Assembly (NCBI GenBank): GCA_018660505.1 | Contig: JABJKE010000034.1 | Location: 23,114-87,113, forward strand | DNA from: Rhodobiaceae bacterium | GTDB lineage: Bacteria; Pseudomonadota; Alphaproteobacteria; RS24 | Direction of reading: 5' to 3' | Length of the DNA: 64,000 nt | Shown: piece after piece, positions 27,409 through 38,315 of the stretch | How the letters are laid out: every line of letters starts with the position of its first letter | How positions within the stretch are numbered: the first letter of the stretch is position 1 | The notes under the pieces: model-generated | Databases searched by the model: none | What the model saw: only the letters and a program-made list of their open reading frames with translations | Told to the model about the DNA's origin: nothing | Made by a program: the position numbers and the translations under genes

Positions 27409-28170
27409 ATGCAGTGGGAAGCCGAAGCTCTTATTTTAGCGGCGCGTCCCCACGGCGAAACCAGCGCGATTGTCGATGTTTTCTCGCGCCAGCATGGCCG
27501 TTTTGGCGGGCTGGTGCGCGGTGGCAATAGCCGCCGTCTGCGCCCCATCTTGCAACCGGGAAACATGGTGCAGGCCACATGGCGGGCGCGCTTGTCGGAG
27601 CATTTGGGCGTGATGAGCGTCGATGCGGGGCGCGCCTATGCGGCCGAAGCGATGAGCGATGCCAGCCTTTTGGCCGGGCTTTCTTGTTTATGTGCCGCGC
27701 TGCAAGTTATCCCGGAGCGGCAAGCCTATCCGCGACTTTACGATACAGCGATGCATGTTTTAACCGCTTTGGCGCAAGCCGAAACCGGCCACAATGGCCA
27801 GACCGATACCGACGTCTGGCTGCCCTTGCTGGCACGTTTTGAGATGGCGCTGTTAGACGAGACGGGCTTTGGGCTCGACTTGTCGTGTTGCGCCGCCACG
27901 GGGGTGACGGAAGAGTTGATTTACGTGTCGCCGCGCTCGGGCCGTGCGGTGAGCCGAGAGGCGGGCGCACCCTATGCCGATAAAATGTTCGCCCTGCCGA
28001 ATTTCTTGCTCGACCCATCGGCTGAAGCGACGCCGCAAGATGTGCGCCATGCGCTCGACCTGCTGGGGCATTTTTTAGAGCGTCGGGTATATTTGCCCAA
28101 TGATGTAAAAGTGCCCGCCGCGCGCCAAAGGCTGATGGATATTATCGCCCGTCAGGCGGAAGTAAAATAA
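27409..28170 (+). CDS. recO: DNA repair protein RecO
   Basis: 253 aa. Position after era (rnc-era-recO synteny). N-terminal OB-fold-like MQWEAEALILAARPHGETSAIVDVFSRQHGR. Confidence 0.85.
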   Translation: MQWEAEALILAARPHGETSAIVDVFSRQHGRFGGLVRGGNSRRLRPILQPGNMVQATWRARLSEHLGVMSVDAGRAYAAEAMSDASLLAGLSCLCAALQVIPERQAYPRLYDTAMHVLTALAQAETGHNGQTDTDVWLPLLARFEMALLDETGFGLDLSCCAATGVTEELIYVSPRSGRAVSREAGAPYADKMFALPNFLLDPSAEATPQDVRHALDLLGHFLERRVYLPNDVKVPAARQRLMDIIARQAEVK

Positions 28171-28228
28171 ACGCCAGCGCGGCTCGGGGATTTAGCGACG
28201 AAGTTGCGAATCTGGCTATAAATTTGGC

Positions 28229-30478
28229 ATGAGCGATATTGACGAACTCCCCCCCAGCGAAACCAGCGTTTCTCTCAAGCAAGCGCTAGAGACCCGCTAT
28301 TTGGCCTATGCCCTCTCGACGATTACCAATCGGGCGCTACCGGATGTGCGCGATGGGCTCAAGCCCGTGCATCGGCGGTTGTTATTCGCCATGCGTCAGC
28401 TGCGCCTTGACCCGGAAAACGGCTTTAAAAAATCAGCCCGTGTGGTCGGCGATGTTATCGGTCGCTATCACCCGCATGGCGATCAAGCGGTTTACGATGC
28501 TCTGGTGCGTTTGGCGCAAGGCTTTGCGGTGCGTTATCCATTGGTCGATGGGCAGGGCAATTTCGGCAATATCGATGGCGATAATGCGGCCGCTATGCGT
28601 TACACCGAAGCCCGGATGACCGAAATATCGAGCCTGCTGCTGCAAGACCTCGACAGCGATACGGTAGACTTTCGCCAGACCTATGACGGCGAAGACGAAG
28701 AGCCGATTGTTCTGCCTTCGGCGTTTCCCAATCTCTTGGCCAATGGCGCCTCGGGCATTGCCGTGGGCATGGCGACCAGCATTCCGTCGCATAATGTCGA
28801 CGAATTATGCGCCGCCGCGCTGCACCTATTAAAAGCGCCCAATGCGCGCATTGAAACTTTGATGGAATACGTGCAAGGCCCCGATTTTCCAACCGGCGGC
28901 ACGTGCATTGAAACGCCAGAAGCTTTGCGCGAAGCCTATGCCACGGGGCGCGGAGCCATGCGCGTGCGGGCAAAATATGAATTGGAAGATATGGGCCGCG
29001 GCACTTGGCAAATCGTCATTACCGAAATTCCCTATCAAGTGCAAAAATCGCGGCTGATTGAAAAAATCGCCGAACTGATGAACGCCAAACAATTGCCCAT
29101 GCTCGACGATATTCGCGATGAGAGCGCGGAAGATATTCGGGTGGTGATTGAACCCAAGAGTAAAAATTTAAAGCCCGAGCAAGTGATGGCCGTGCTCTAT
29201 CGGATGACCGATTTGGAAAGCCGCTTCTCGCTGAATATGAACGTCATCGACAATCAAGGCGTGCCGCGCGTTATGGGTCTGCGCGACGTGCTGTTGCAAT
29301 GGTTGGCGCATCGCAATGATGTGCTGGTTCGCAAATCAAATTACCGGTTGAGCAAAATTCTGGCGCGCCTAGAGGTGCTCGACGGCTATCTGATTGCTTA
29401 TCTGAATTTGGACGAGGTCATCCGCATCATCCGCGAGGAAGACCATCCGCGCGATGATTTAATGGCGGCGTTTAAACTCAGCCAAGTGCAGGCCGAAGCG
29501 ATTTTAAACATGCGTCTGCGGGCTTTGCGCAAGCTAGAAGAAGACGGCATTCGCACCGAACATGGCGAGCTCTCCGAAGAAATGGCGGCTTTGCGCGAAT
29601 TGCTCGGCTCCCAAAGCCAGCAGCAGGCGGTTGTGGCGGGAGAGCTCAAAGCTTTGCGCAAACAATTCGGCCCCAAAACGGAGCTGGGGCGGCGGCGCAC
29701 GATATTTGCTCAAGTCAGCGGCGAAGAAGAGATTTCGCTGGATAGTCTCATCGAAAAAGAACCCGTCACCGTGGTGTGCTCGGCCAAGGGCTGGATACGA
29801 ACCCTCAAAGGCCACGCCGAAGATGGCAGCAAGCTGACCTATAAAGACGGCGATAAAGCCAATTTCGTGCTGCATGCAATGACGACCGACAAACTGGTGC
29901 TCTTCGCCTCGAATGGGCGTGCCTATACGTTGGAGGTTTCCAAACTGCCGGGCGGGCGGGGCAATGGCGACCCCGTGCGCTTGATGCTCGATATTGAGCC
30001 GGCCGAAGAAATTGTTGAAATCTTTGTGCATGAGCCGGCCCGCAAATTGCTGGTCGCCTCGCGCGTCGGCAATGGGTTTGTGGTGCCGGAGAGCGAGCTG
30101 ATTTCGACCCGCAAAGCGGGCAAGCAAATTTTAAATGTGAAAGCCCCCGACGAGGCCGCGATTTGCGTGCCCGCCTTTGGCGACCGCATTGCGGTTTTGG
30201 GCGAGAATAAAAAACTCTTATGTTTCGCGCTCGAAGAAGTGCCAGAGATGCCGCGCGGCAAGGGCGTTCGCTTACAACGTCATGGCGATGGCCATATGGC
30301 CGACGCGCGCTGCTATGTCGCCGCCGAAGGGCTGAAGATTACCGATAAATCGGGTCGCGAACGGGTGTTTGAAGAGCTGGAAGAATGGCAAGGTTTGCGC
30401 GCGCAGGCCGGCCGCATTCGCCCGAAAGGCTTCCCCCTAGATGGGCTTTTGGGACTGGCTTTCGCCAATCGGCTGTAA
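28229..30478 (+). CDS. parC: DNA topoisomerase IV subunit A
   Basis: 749 aa. [21 protein letters not shown] and [10 protein letters not shown] (catalytic Tyr) motifs. Size fits ParC rather than GyrA. Confidence 0.88.
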   Translation: MSDIDELPPSETSVSLKQALETRYLAYALSTITNRALPDVRDGLKPVHRRLLFAMRQLRLDPENGFKKSARVVGDVIGRYHPHGDQAVYDALVRLAQGFAVRYPLVDGQGNFGNIDGDNAAAMRYTEARMTEISSLLLQDLDSDTVDFRQTYDGEDEEPIVLPSAFPNLLANGASGIAVGMATSIPSHNVDELCAAALHLLKAPNARIETLMEYVQGPDFPTGGTCIETPEALREAYATGRGAMRVRAKYELEDMGRGTWQIVITEIPYQVQKSRLIEKIAELMNAKQLPMLDDIRDESAEDIRVVIEPKSKNLKPEQVMAVLYRMTDLESRFSLNMNVIDNQGVPRVMGLRDVLLQWLAHRNDVLVRKSNYRLSKILARLEVLDGYLIAYLNLDEVIRIIREEDHPRDDLMAAFKLSQVQAEAILNMRLRALRKLEEDGIRTEHGELSEEMAALRELLGSQSQQQAVVAGELKALRKQFGPKTELGRRRTIFAQVSGEEEISLDSLIEKEPVTVVCSAKGWIRTLKGHAEDGSKLTYKDGDKANFVLHAMTTDKLVLFASNGRAYTLEVSKLPGGRGNGDPVRLMLDIEPAEEIVEIFVHEPARKLLVASRVGNGFVVPESELISTRKAGKQILNVKAPDEAAICVPAFGDRIAVLGENKKLLCFALEEVPEMPRGKGVRLQRHGDGHMADARCYVAAEGLKITDKSGRERVFEELEEWQGLRAQAGRIRPKGFPLDGLLGLAFANRL

Positions 30479-30481
30479 GGC

Positions 30482-30946
30482 TTATTCGGTCAGCTGAAAT
30501 TCGGCTTGGCCTTGGTAGTTCCAAAACTTTACCTGAATTTTATAGGCGCCGGGCCGATAGCGGGCGGTATCAAGCGGCACTTGGCGAATTTCTTCCACCA
30601 CATCGCGCTCGGCAATCGCGCCACGGGTGATCGTCTCATTGCAAACCTCGGGGCTGCGGACGGCTTGAATAAAGCTGCCATCGTCTGTGGTGATGACGTA
30701 GCGGAATAATTTGCACGGGCCATCGGCGGTCAGGGCGGCCACCGTATCGGTATTATTGACCAAGCGCAGAACAATCGGCATGGGGGTGATTTTGGCACCC
30801 GCTTGTAGCGCATGTTGAATGGGCACACCCACTTGCAAGCCAATTTCGCCATCGGCCACGCTATCGTCATCGCGCCAATAAAATCCGAGCAGACCGACGA
30901 CAAGGATAATGGCAAATGTGGTGACCATCATATTGGGCATTCTCAT
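30482..30946 (-). CDS. hypothetical exported/membrane-anchored protein
   Basis: ORF 30482..31114. An internal ATG at 30946 (MRMPNMMVTTFAIILVVGLLGFYW) avoids overlap with the upstream TRAP permease. Confidence 0.5.
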   Translation of the reverse strand: MRMPNMMVTTFAIILVVGLLGFYWRDDDSVADGEIGLQVGVPIQHALQAGAKITPMPIVLRLVNNTDTVAALTADGPCKLFRYVITTDDGSFIQAVRSPEVCNETITRGAIAERDVVEEIRQVPLDTARYRPGAYKIQVKFWNYQGQAEFQLTE

Positions 30947-30950
30947 GGCA

Positions 30951-32504
30951 TTAATCTCCAAACACGACTTCAGGCAACCAAGTCGCCAATTGCGGGAATA
31001 GCGCGAGCAGCGCCAACATAGATAATTGAATGGCCACGAATGGCAAGGCGCCTTTGTAAATTTGTCCGGTGCGAATGCTGGCAGGCGCCACGCCGCGCAA
31101 ATAGAACAGGGCAAAGCCGAACGGCGGCGTTAGGAAACTGGTTTGCAAATTAATCGCCATCATCACGCCAAGCCAAACCGGATCGACGCCCATCGATAAA
31201 AGAATAGGCCCAACGATGGGCACAACGACAAAAATAATCTCGATGAAATCGAGAAAAAAGCCGAGCAAGAACATAATTAACATAACCACGGCGACGGCAG
31301 TCCACACGCCGCCGGGCAGGTCTTCCAGCAGCGCTTGAATGGCTTCATCGCCGCCGAGACCCCGAAACACCAGCGAGAATAGCGCGGCGCCAATGAGAAT
31401 GATGAACACCATAGAGGTGGTATGGGTGGTCGAGCGAACGACACTGCCCAGCACATCGCCGCGCCAAGCCTGCGCCAAGCTGACCCAAACCGCGCCAGCC
31501 AGCAAGCCGCAAAAGCTCAAGGCCACGCCCATGGCCAGATAGTCGAGGGCGCTCAGCCCATCGCGCGCGAGGCGCAAATCCATGCTGCCGGTTTGCACAA
31601 CCAAAAGCCCCAAGGCGAGGGCGCCCAGTCGGATGAGCCGATGGCCACCGCTCAGGCGTTCGCCCGCCAATAATATCGTGCCAATGGCACCCACGGAGGC
31701 AGCTTCTGTCGGCGTGGCAATGCCGCCCAAAATCGAGCCCAAGACACCAATGATAAGGAATATCGGCGGCAAGAGCGCTTGCAAAAGAGCGCCCCATTCG
31801 ATGTCGCCTTCGGGCTCGGCGCGCGGCGCCTTATGGGGTTGCAGATAGGCAACACCGAGTTGATAGACAATATAAAGGCTGACCAAAACCAGACCGGGCA
31901 GCAAGGAGCCAGCGAATAATTCGCCGACGGAAACCGTATCGGGCGAGAATATGCCCTGTTCGAGTTGCGCTTTTTGATAGGCATTGGCAATCACATCGCC
32001 GAGCAGCACCAACACGATAGAGGGCGGAATAATTTGCCCCAAAGTGCCCGCCGCCGCGATAGAGCCCGCCGCCAAAGCCGGGTCATAGCCGCGCTTTAAC
32101 ATGGTGGGCAGAGACAAAAGACCCATGGTCACCACGGTGGCACCCACAATGCCCGTCGAGGCAGCCAAAAGCGCCCCCACGATGGAGACGGAAATGCCCA
32201 AGCCGCCGCGCAAAGTGCCAAACAGGCGGCTCATGTTCTCCAGCAAATCTTCAGCGATGCGCGCGCGCTCCAGCATGGTGCCCATGAAAACAAAGAGCGG
32301 CACCGCCATCAGCACTTCATTGGTCATGGTTCCGAAGATGCGTTGGGGCAGGGCGTAGAAAAAACTAATGTCGAAAACATCAAACGAATGGCCGATAAAG
32401 CCAAAAGCCAAAGCCACGCCCGCCAGCGTAAAGGCGACGGGAAACCCCGCCATCAACAGCGCACACGTGGTGGCAAACATAATCAGGTCGAGCGCCGGAA
32501 TCAT
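30951..32504 (-). CDS. TRAP transporter large permease subunit (DctM family)
   Basis: 517 aa, polytopic. Follows the small permease and the solute-binding protein in an operon. Confidence 0.88.
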   Translation of the reverse strand: MIPALDLIMFATTCALLMAGFPVAFTLAGVALAFGFIGHSFDVFDISFFYALPQRIFGTMTNEVLMAVPLFVFMGTMLERARIAEDLLENMSRLFGTLRGGLGISVSIVGALLAASTGIVGATVVTMGLLSLPTMLKRGYDPALAAGSIAAAGTLGQIIPPSIVLVLLGDVIANAYQKAQLEQGIFSPDTVSVGELFAGSLLPGLVLVSLYIVYQLGVAYLQPHKAPRAEPEGDIEWGALLQALLPPIFLIIGVLGSILGGIATPTEAASVGAIGTILLAGERLSGGHRLIRLGALALGLLVVQTGSMDLRLARDGLSALDYLAMGVALSFCGLLAGAVWVSLAQAWRGDVLGSVVRSTTHTTSMVFIILIGAALFSLVFRGLGGDEAIQALLEDLPGGVWTAVAVVMLIMFLLGFFLDFIEIIFVVVPIVGPILLSMGVDPVWLGVMMAINLQTSFLTPPFGFALFYLRGVAPASIRTGQIYKGALPFVAIQLSMLALLALFPQLATWLPEVVFGD

Positions 32505-33040
32505 TGGCCCACCGCCTTGGGTTTAGCGAAAACCAGCGTGGCGTTTTTAAAAATGCCGGAGAGCGCCTGCAATCCCATTTGCACGGCGAAGACTAAAATC
32601 ACCGATTTCAAAAGATACACCCCTTGAATGCCGCTGGTCTCGCGCGAACCTTCGCGCACCGACCAAGAAAGGGAGACATAATCTAGCGAGACGGCAAAAA
32701 GCAGAATGCAAAAAGGCAAAATCAGGCAGAGGCAGCCCAGCATATCGATGAGGGCTTTGCGTTTTTGCGACGCTTGCGCGTAAAAAATATCGACCCGCAC
32801 ATGCGCGTCTTGCAAAAACGTATCGGCCGCCGCCATCATGAATAAGACGCCATGCATGTAGAGGATCGATTCCTGCAGCAAAATGGAGCCAATGCCAAAC
32901 ACATAGCGCAGCACCACAACACTGAATTGCACCAGCACCATGGCCAGCGCCAGCCAAGCGGCGGTGCGGCCGATTTTGTGATTGAGCGTATCAATCCACG
33001 CGCTTATTTGCGCCAAAGCGAGCCTCCAATTGGCAGTCAT
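32501..33040 (-). CDS. TRAP transporter small permease subunit (DctQ family)
   Basis: 179 aa, 4 TM. Overlapping stop/start with the DctM-like gene. Confidence 0.82.
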   Translation of the reverse strand: MTANWRLALAQISAWIDTLNHKIGRTAAWLALAMVLVQFSVVVLRYVFGIGSILLQESILYMHGVLFMMAAADTFLQDAHVRVDIFYAQASQKRKALIDMLGCLCLILPFCILLFAVSLDYVSLSWSVREGSRETSGIQGVYLLKSVILVFAVQMGLQALSGIFKNATLVFAKPKAVGQ

Positions 33041-33052
33041 GGTTTCCTCGGA

Positions 33053-34135
33053 TTAAACGCTGCGGCGCGATTTCATATAGGCTTCTTCGCTCAGCTCGCC
33101 CCACCGCATGGAGTTGTCGAGCGAGGCTTTGAAGCTTTTGTAAACTTTGGCGGTGAACGCATCTTTGGCCGCCGCATCGTCGAGCACTTGGGTGGAGGTG
33201 GCTTTAATGGCTTTCATAATCTCTGGCGAGAAGCTGCGCACTTGCACTTTGTGTTTCGAGACCAATGTGTCGAGCGCGGCGGCATTTTTATAATTATACT
33301 CGCTCATCGTCAGGTCGTTTTCGGCGGCAAAAGCAGAGCGCAAAATCGCTTGATGCGATGGGCTTAGCGAGTTCCATACCTCAAGGTTCACGCCCGTCGA
33401 GAGCCCGGCGCCGGGTTCGTGAAAGCCCGGGCAATAGTAAAATTTGGCCACTTGATGGAAACCAAAGGCCATATCATTCCACGGGCCCACCCATTCGCTG
33501 GCGTCAATGGCGCCGCTTTTCATCGACGGAAAAATCTCGCCGCCAGGCAGCGCAACCGCCGCCGCGCCAAGCCGACGCATAACCTCGCCACCGAGGCCCG
33601 GCATGCGAATTTTAAGCCCTTTAAAATCTTCCAGCGAGGTAATCTCTTTGTTAAACCAGCCGCCCATTTGCACGCCCGTATTGGCCGATTGAAAGGCAAT
33701 GACATTAAACTTGGCCGATAGCTCGTGCCACAGCTGCTGTCCGCCCCCGAAATTAATCCAAGCGTTCAGCTCTTGCGCGGTCATGCCAAAAGGCACGGCG
33801 GTGAAAAAGTTAAAGGCGGTTGATTTGCCCTGCCAATAATATTCCGCGCCATTATACATATCGGCCGTGCCCGTGGAGACGGCGTCGAAACTATCGAAAG
33901 CGCCGACCAATTCACCGGCGGCGTAAATTTTAATATCGATTTGCCCATCGGTCATCTCGCGCACCCGTTTGGCGATGTTTTCGGGCGCGGTGCCAAGGCC
34001 GGGGAAGTTTTTTGGCCAAGTGGTTACCATTTTCAAACGACGTTTGCCTTGCGCATAGGCTGGCGCCGCGACCGTGGCGGCAGCGGTGCCTGTGAGCAAT
34101 CCACCCAATAATTTACGACGACCTAATTTCGACAT
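33053..34135 (-). CDS. TRAP transporter substrate-binding protein (DctP family), Tat-like signal
   Basis: 360 aa. MSKLGRRKLLGGLLTGTAAATVAAPAYAQ signal peptide. First gene of the three-gene TRAP operon. Confidence 0.85.
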   Translation of the reverse strand: MSKLGRRKLLGGLLTGTAAATVAAPAYAQGKRRLKMVTTWPKNFPGLGTAPENIAKRVREMTDGQIDIKIYAAGELVGAFDSFDAVSTGTADMYNGAEYYWQGKSTAFNFFTAVPFGMTAQELNAWINFGGGQQLWHELSAKFNVIAFQSANTGVQMGGWFNKEITSLEDFKGLKIRMPGLGGEVMRRLGAAAVALPGGEIFPSMKSGAIDASEWVGPWNDMAFGFHQVAKFYYCPGFHEPGAGLSTGVNLEVWNSLSPSHQAILRSAFAAENDLTMSEYNYKNAAALDTLVSKHKVQVRSFSPEIMKAIKATSTQVLDDAAAKDAFTAKVYKSFKASLDNSMRWGELSEEAYMKSRRSV

Positions 34136-34141
34136 GTTCTT

Positions 34142-34867
34142 CTACTCCCCCTTTTCCGCATAGTCTCGCCACCCCGTTGAGCCCAAAACCTGTAGCGGCG
34201 TGAAGCGTTTCTTGTAAGACATTTTTGAGCAATTTTCTATTAAATAGCCGAGATAAACATAAGGCAATCGGCGCGCCTGAGCGGTGGCGATTTGGTCGAG
34301 AATGAGAAAACTGCCCAAACTGGGGCGCGCGCTATGCGGGTCGAAAAACGAATAGACCAGCGATAGACCATCGCTCATCGTGTCGCGCAAGAGACAGGCA
34401 ATCAACGTGCCTTGCGGGTCGCGATATTCGACGATATGGGTTTGCACGCAGGTTTCCTCCACCATGGCCATATAATCCATCGGCGTCATATCGCTCATGC
34501 CGCCGTCGGCATGGCGGCTTTCTAGGTAGCGGCGCAAGAGGTCGTATTGTTCGGGGCTCGCATCGGGCGGGCAATCTTGCGAGATTAAATCCTCATTGCG
34601 GTTGCGGGCACGGCGAAAATTTTTCGACACGCGAAATTGTTTCGCTTTCACTCGCACCGACCGACAGGCCGAACAGCCATCGCAGGCCGGCCGATAGGCA
34701 ATGCTTTGGCTCCGGCGAAAGCCCGCGTGCGTCAGGTTGTTATTTATCTCATCCGCGCGCTCGCCCGCTAAATGGGTGAACAGCTTGCGCTCCATCTGCC
34801 CGTCCAAATAGGGGCAGGGCATCGGCTCGGTGATGAAAAACGAGGGCAGGTCGCTAGATTGTTTCAT
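34142..34867 (-). CDS. bpt: arginyltransferase / aspartate-glutamate leucyltransferase (Bpt, N-end rule)
   Basis: 241 aa. CPYLDGQMERKLFT, GFRRSQSIAYRPACDGCSAC and YVYLGYLIENCSKMSYK motifs. Confidence 0.85.
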   Translation of the reverse strand: MKQSSDLPSFFITEPMPCPYLDGQMERKLFTHLAGERADEINNNLTHAGFRRSQSIAYRPACDGCSACRSVRVKAKQFRVSKNFRRARNRNEDLISQDCPPDASPEQYDLLRRYLESRHADGGMSDMTPMDYMAMVEETCVQTHIVEYRDPQGTLIACLLRDTMSDGLSLVYSFFDPHSARPSLGSFLILDQIATAQARRLPYVYLGYLIENCSKMSYKKRFTPLQVLGSTGWRDYAEKGE

Positions 34868-34879
34868 CTCTCCTCCCCT

Positions 34880-36715
34880 CTAAAGGCCAAAATACCAAGG
34901 CGCAAATAGCGAGTAGGTAAGCCATAAAAGGACAATCAACGGAATGCCCGCGCGCATGAAATCGGTGAAGCGGAAATTGCCCGGCGTCATAACCAAAAGG
35001 TTGGTTTGATAGGCAATCGGCGTTGCGAAACTGCAATTGGCCGCGAAAATAACCGCCAGAATAAACGCCATTGGGTCGACGTTTAACGTGGTCGATAGGC
35101 TGATGGCCAAAGGCGTAAATAAAACCGCCGTGGCATTATTGGACAAAATATTGGTGATGACGGCACATAATAAAAAGAACGCCGAAAGAATGACAGCCGG
35201 CGCGGCCCCCTCAAAGAGCGCCAGAAAATGATCGGCCACAAACCCAGCACCGCCCGTCACCAGCATCGCCTGCGCCATGGCCAGCGCGGCGGTGACCACC
35301 ACGTAAATGCGCAAATCAAAGCCGCGTGTGGCTTGGCGTACATTTAAAACGCCGCTCATCACCATAGCCACCGCGCCCACCAAAGCGGCCACGACAATCG
35401 GCACGACGTTAAATACCGCGGCCAATACGGTGGCGATAAAAATCAAACGGGCGAGGCCAGCTTTTTCAAACCGAGGCAGCTCGCGAGCCGACCATTGCAG
35501 CAACAGCGTATCGCGATTATGGCGCAGGCCTTCGATGGCGCTTTGCTGCCCCATGACCAAAAGCACATCGCCCGCCACCAGACGCACATCGCTCATTTCA
35601 TGGCGCAACATGCGCGAGCGTCTTTGCAGCCCGATAATCAAACAATCGGTGGTATGGGTGAAACCGGTTTGCCCAATGGCTCGGCCAGTGATGCGCGAGC
35701 CCGGCGCGATGACCAATTCGGCGAGCATTAAATCTTCGTCGCCGTCTTCCGCACCGGGAACTTGGCGCAGCAAATGCTGGCGCAAGGGATGTTCTTTGAG
35801 GGCCAGCGCATCGCCAATTTCGCGGCGGGTGGCAGCAATAAACAATGTGTCGCCCGCTTTCAAAGTATGGTCATCAAACGGCGGCAAGAGTTTTTGACTG
35901 CCGGTTTCAACGATTTGCAAGGTCATGCCAGACAGCGCGGGCAAAAACCCAGCCGCCATTTCGGCGCCCACCAGAGGGTCGCCTTGGCGCAAGCGAAGTT
36001 CGATGATGAATTGCCGACCCGAGTCTGTGTCTTGTTTGGCTTCGCCGTCGTCGCGCACGCCCAAAACACGCGGCAGGACGAATAAAACATAAAGGCTGCC
36101 GACCGCCATCATCACCAAACCGGGCAGGGTTTGGTCGAAAAACTGTAAGGGCTGCATGCCGAAACGGGCAGCCGTATCGGCGACCAGCAAATTGGTTGAC
36201 GAGCCGATGAGCGTCAACATGCCGCCCAAGATTGTGATGAAGCTCAAGCTCATCATATAGGGCCCCGCCTTCATATTGGCGCGCGCCGCCATGGCCACTA
36301 AAATCGGGATGGTCATCAGCACCACAGGCGTATTATTGAGAAAAGCGGAAGACAGCATGGCGCCGATAAGAAGCACGATAATGGCAATATCGGCACGCCG
36401 TGTGGCGCGCCGCGAAGCCTGCTCGATAATTCTCTCCAGCGCCCCAGATTGAAACAAGCCTTGCGCCATAACCAAAAGCGCCATGATGGTAATCAGCGCC
36501 GGATTGCCAAAGCCTGCCAAAATATCGCCACTGTCGAGCAGCCGCGTGCCCTCGGCGTCGAGATAGGGGATGAGGCTGAATAAGAGCAGCAGCGCGACAA
36601 GCACCAAAAGAGAGGTAATCTCTATGGAAATGCGTTCGGTGGCATAGGCCGCCATCGCGAAAAAAATGACCAGAAAACTGGCCCACATATGAAATTGGTC
36701 TATCATCGCAGGCAT
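34880..36715 (-). CDS. SLC13/DASS-type permease with central TrkA-C domains
   Basis: 611 aa. Two polytopic halves flank a soluble region with a RCK-C-like pattern (LRLRQGDPLVG..., AELVIAPGSRITGRAIG...). Confidence 0.75.
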   Translation of the reverse strand: MPAMIDQFHMWASFLVIFFAMAAYATERISIEITSLLVLVALLLLFSLIPYLDAEGTRLLDSGDILAGFGNPALITIMALLVMAQGLFQSGALERIIEQASRRATRRADIAIIVLLIGAMLSSAFLNNTPVVLMTIPILVAMAARANMKAGPYMMSLSFITILGGMLTLIGSSTNLLVADTAARFGMQPLQFFDQTLPGLVMMAVGSLYVLFVLPRVLGVRDDGEAKQDTDSGRQFIIELRLRQGDPLVGAEMAAGFLPALSGMTLQIVETGSQKLLPPFDDHTLKAGDTLFIAATRREIGDALALKEHPLRQHLLRQVPGAEDGDEDLMLAELVIAPGSRITGRAIGQTGFTHTTDCLIIGLQRRSRMLRHEMSDVRLVAGDVLLVMGQQSAIEGLRHNRDTLLLQWSARELPRFEKAGLARLIFIATVLAAVFNVVPIVVAALVGAVAMVMSGVLNVRQATRGFDLRIYVVVTAALAMAQAMLVTGGAGFVADHFLALFEGAAPAVILSAFFLLCAVITNILSNNATAVLFTPLAISLSTTLNVDPMAFILAVIFAANCSFATPIAYQTNLLVMTPGNFRFTDFMRAGIPLIVLLWLTYSLFAPWYFGL

Positions 36716-36834
36716 CCTAGCGCTTATTCGCGGTTTTCTCTAGGCACCGAACTATAGATTTGCACGACTTAATGGGGCATAAGACTTTAAATCGGTGGGG
36801 TTTTCTGCCAACACTGCCTTCTATTGGAGTTTTT

Positions 36835-37335
36835 ATGTCGTCTGAAATGTTACAGCAAAAAGCTTTGCGCCAGGCCTTCGGTAATTTTGGCACGGGCGTC
36901 GCGCTGATTGGGGTGCATGACGCGAACCAAAAAGCTGTGGGTCTGACCATTAATAGTTTCGCTTCCGTGTCGTTAGAGCCCGCGCTTTTGTCTTGGTGTT
37001 TGGCCAAAGACAGCCAATTATTTGCGCCCATCACCGATGCCGACAGATTTAGCGTCAACATTCTGGCGGCCGACCAAACCGAGCTGTCCAATCGCATGGC
37101 CATGCCGGGCGAGCATCTTTTTCAAGCCGACGAATGGACGGCCAGTGCCTCGGGCGGTATTTTTGTGAACGGCGCTTTGGCGCAATTCGATTGCCGCCTG
37201 CACCAAACCATTGAGGCGGGCGACCATGTGGTTTTTCTGGGCGCCATTGAAGAAGCTTGGGCGTGCGATCAAGCGCGCGACCCGCTGGTTTATTTCCGCG
37301 GCGGCTATCGGCAATTATTGGGAGATGGCGCATGA
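36835..37335 (+). CDS. flavin reductase family protein
   Basis: ORF 36760..37335; ATG 36835. FRQAFGNFGTGVALIG..NSFASVSLEPALLSWCL pattern of the flavin reductase-like domain. Confidence 0.8.
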   Translation: MSSEMLQQKALRQAFGNFGTGVALIGVHDANQKAVGLTINSFASVSLEPALLSWCLAKDSQLFAPITDADRFSVNILAADQTELSNRMAMPGEHLFQADEWTASASGGIFVNGALAQFDCRLHQTIEAGDHVVFLGAIEEAWACDQARDPLVYFRGGYRQLLGDGA

Positions 37336-38201
37336 CCAAATGCGCGTTTATCGGATTGGGCGTCATGGGGTTTCCCATGGCGGGGCATTTGGCGAAAGCG
37401 GGCCTGCGGGTCACGGTTTTCAACCGCAATCGTGCCAAAGCCGATAGCTGGTGCGCGGCCTATGACGGGCAAAAAGCCGATAGCCCACGCGCGGCGGCAC
37501 AAGGGGCTGATTTTGTTTTCACCTGCGTCGGCAATGACGATGATTTGCGCGCGGTAGTATTGGGCGAAGATGGGGTTTTGGCGGGCTTGAAACCCGGCGC
37601 GGTTTTAATCGACCACACCACCACATCGGCCGAAGTTGCGCGCGAGATATCCGCCGCCTGTTTGGCCCAAAACAACGCTATGTTAGACGCCCCCGTATCT
37701 GGCGGCGAGGCGGGCGCGGTGAACGGCGCGCTTACGGTTATGGTTGGCGGCGCGCCAGAAACATTTGCCAAAGCCGAACCGATACTGGCGCATTTTGCCC
37801 GCGCCAGTAAATTATTGGGGCGTGCGGGGGCTGGACAATTGACCAAAATGGTCAATCAAATTTGCATCGGCGGCCTGGTGCAAGGTCTGGCGGAAGGGTT
37901 GAATTTTGCCGAAAAAGCAGGGCTTGACGGCCGCGCGGTCATCGAGACGATTTCCAAAGGCGCAGCGCAAAGCTGGCAGATGGAAAATCGCTATGAGACG
38001 ATGATAGACGGCGCCTATGACTTTGGTTTCGCCGTCGATTGGATGGTCAAAGATTTAACCATCTGCCTCGACGAAGCGGCCCGCAATGGCGCGCCTTTGC
38101 CGGTCACCGAGCTGGTGAAGAGCTATTATGAAGAGCTGCAAACCATGGACGGTGGGCGGTGGGATACCTCTAGTCTGCTAAAGAGATTACAATCTCTTTA
38201 A
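37332..38201 (+). CDS. NAD(P)-dependent oxidoreductase, 3-hydroxyisobutyrate/6-phosphogluconate dehydrogenase-like
   Basis: ATG 37332 overlaps the previous stop (ATGA). MTKCAFIGLGVMGFPMAGHL Rossmann motif and DAPVSGGEAGA motif. Confidence 0.82.
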   Translation: MTKCAFIGLGVMGFPMAGHLAKAGLRVTVFNRNRAKADSWCAAYDGQKADSPRAAAQGADFVFTCVGNDDDLRAVVLGEDGVLAGLKPGAVLIDHTTTSAEVAREISAACLAQNNAMLDAPVSGGEAGAVNGALTVMVGGAPETFAKAEPILAHFARASKLLGRAGAGQLTKMVNQICIGGLVQGLAEGLNFAEKAGLDGRAVIETISKGAAQSWQMENRYETMIDGAYDFGFAVDWMVKDLTICLDEAARNGAPLPVTELVKSYYEELQTMDGGRWDTSSLLKRLQSL

Positions 38202-38315
38202 GTAAATAAATTAAATAAAAGAATAAAATTTCTAACAAAACAGTTTTTGTGTGTCCTTCTTATCGTTAAATTAGACGATGGGACCATGACTTCTGGATAG
38301 AAGTTAGACATATTC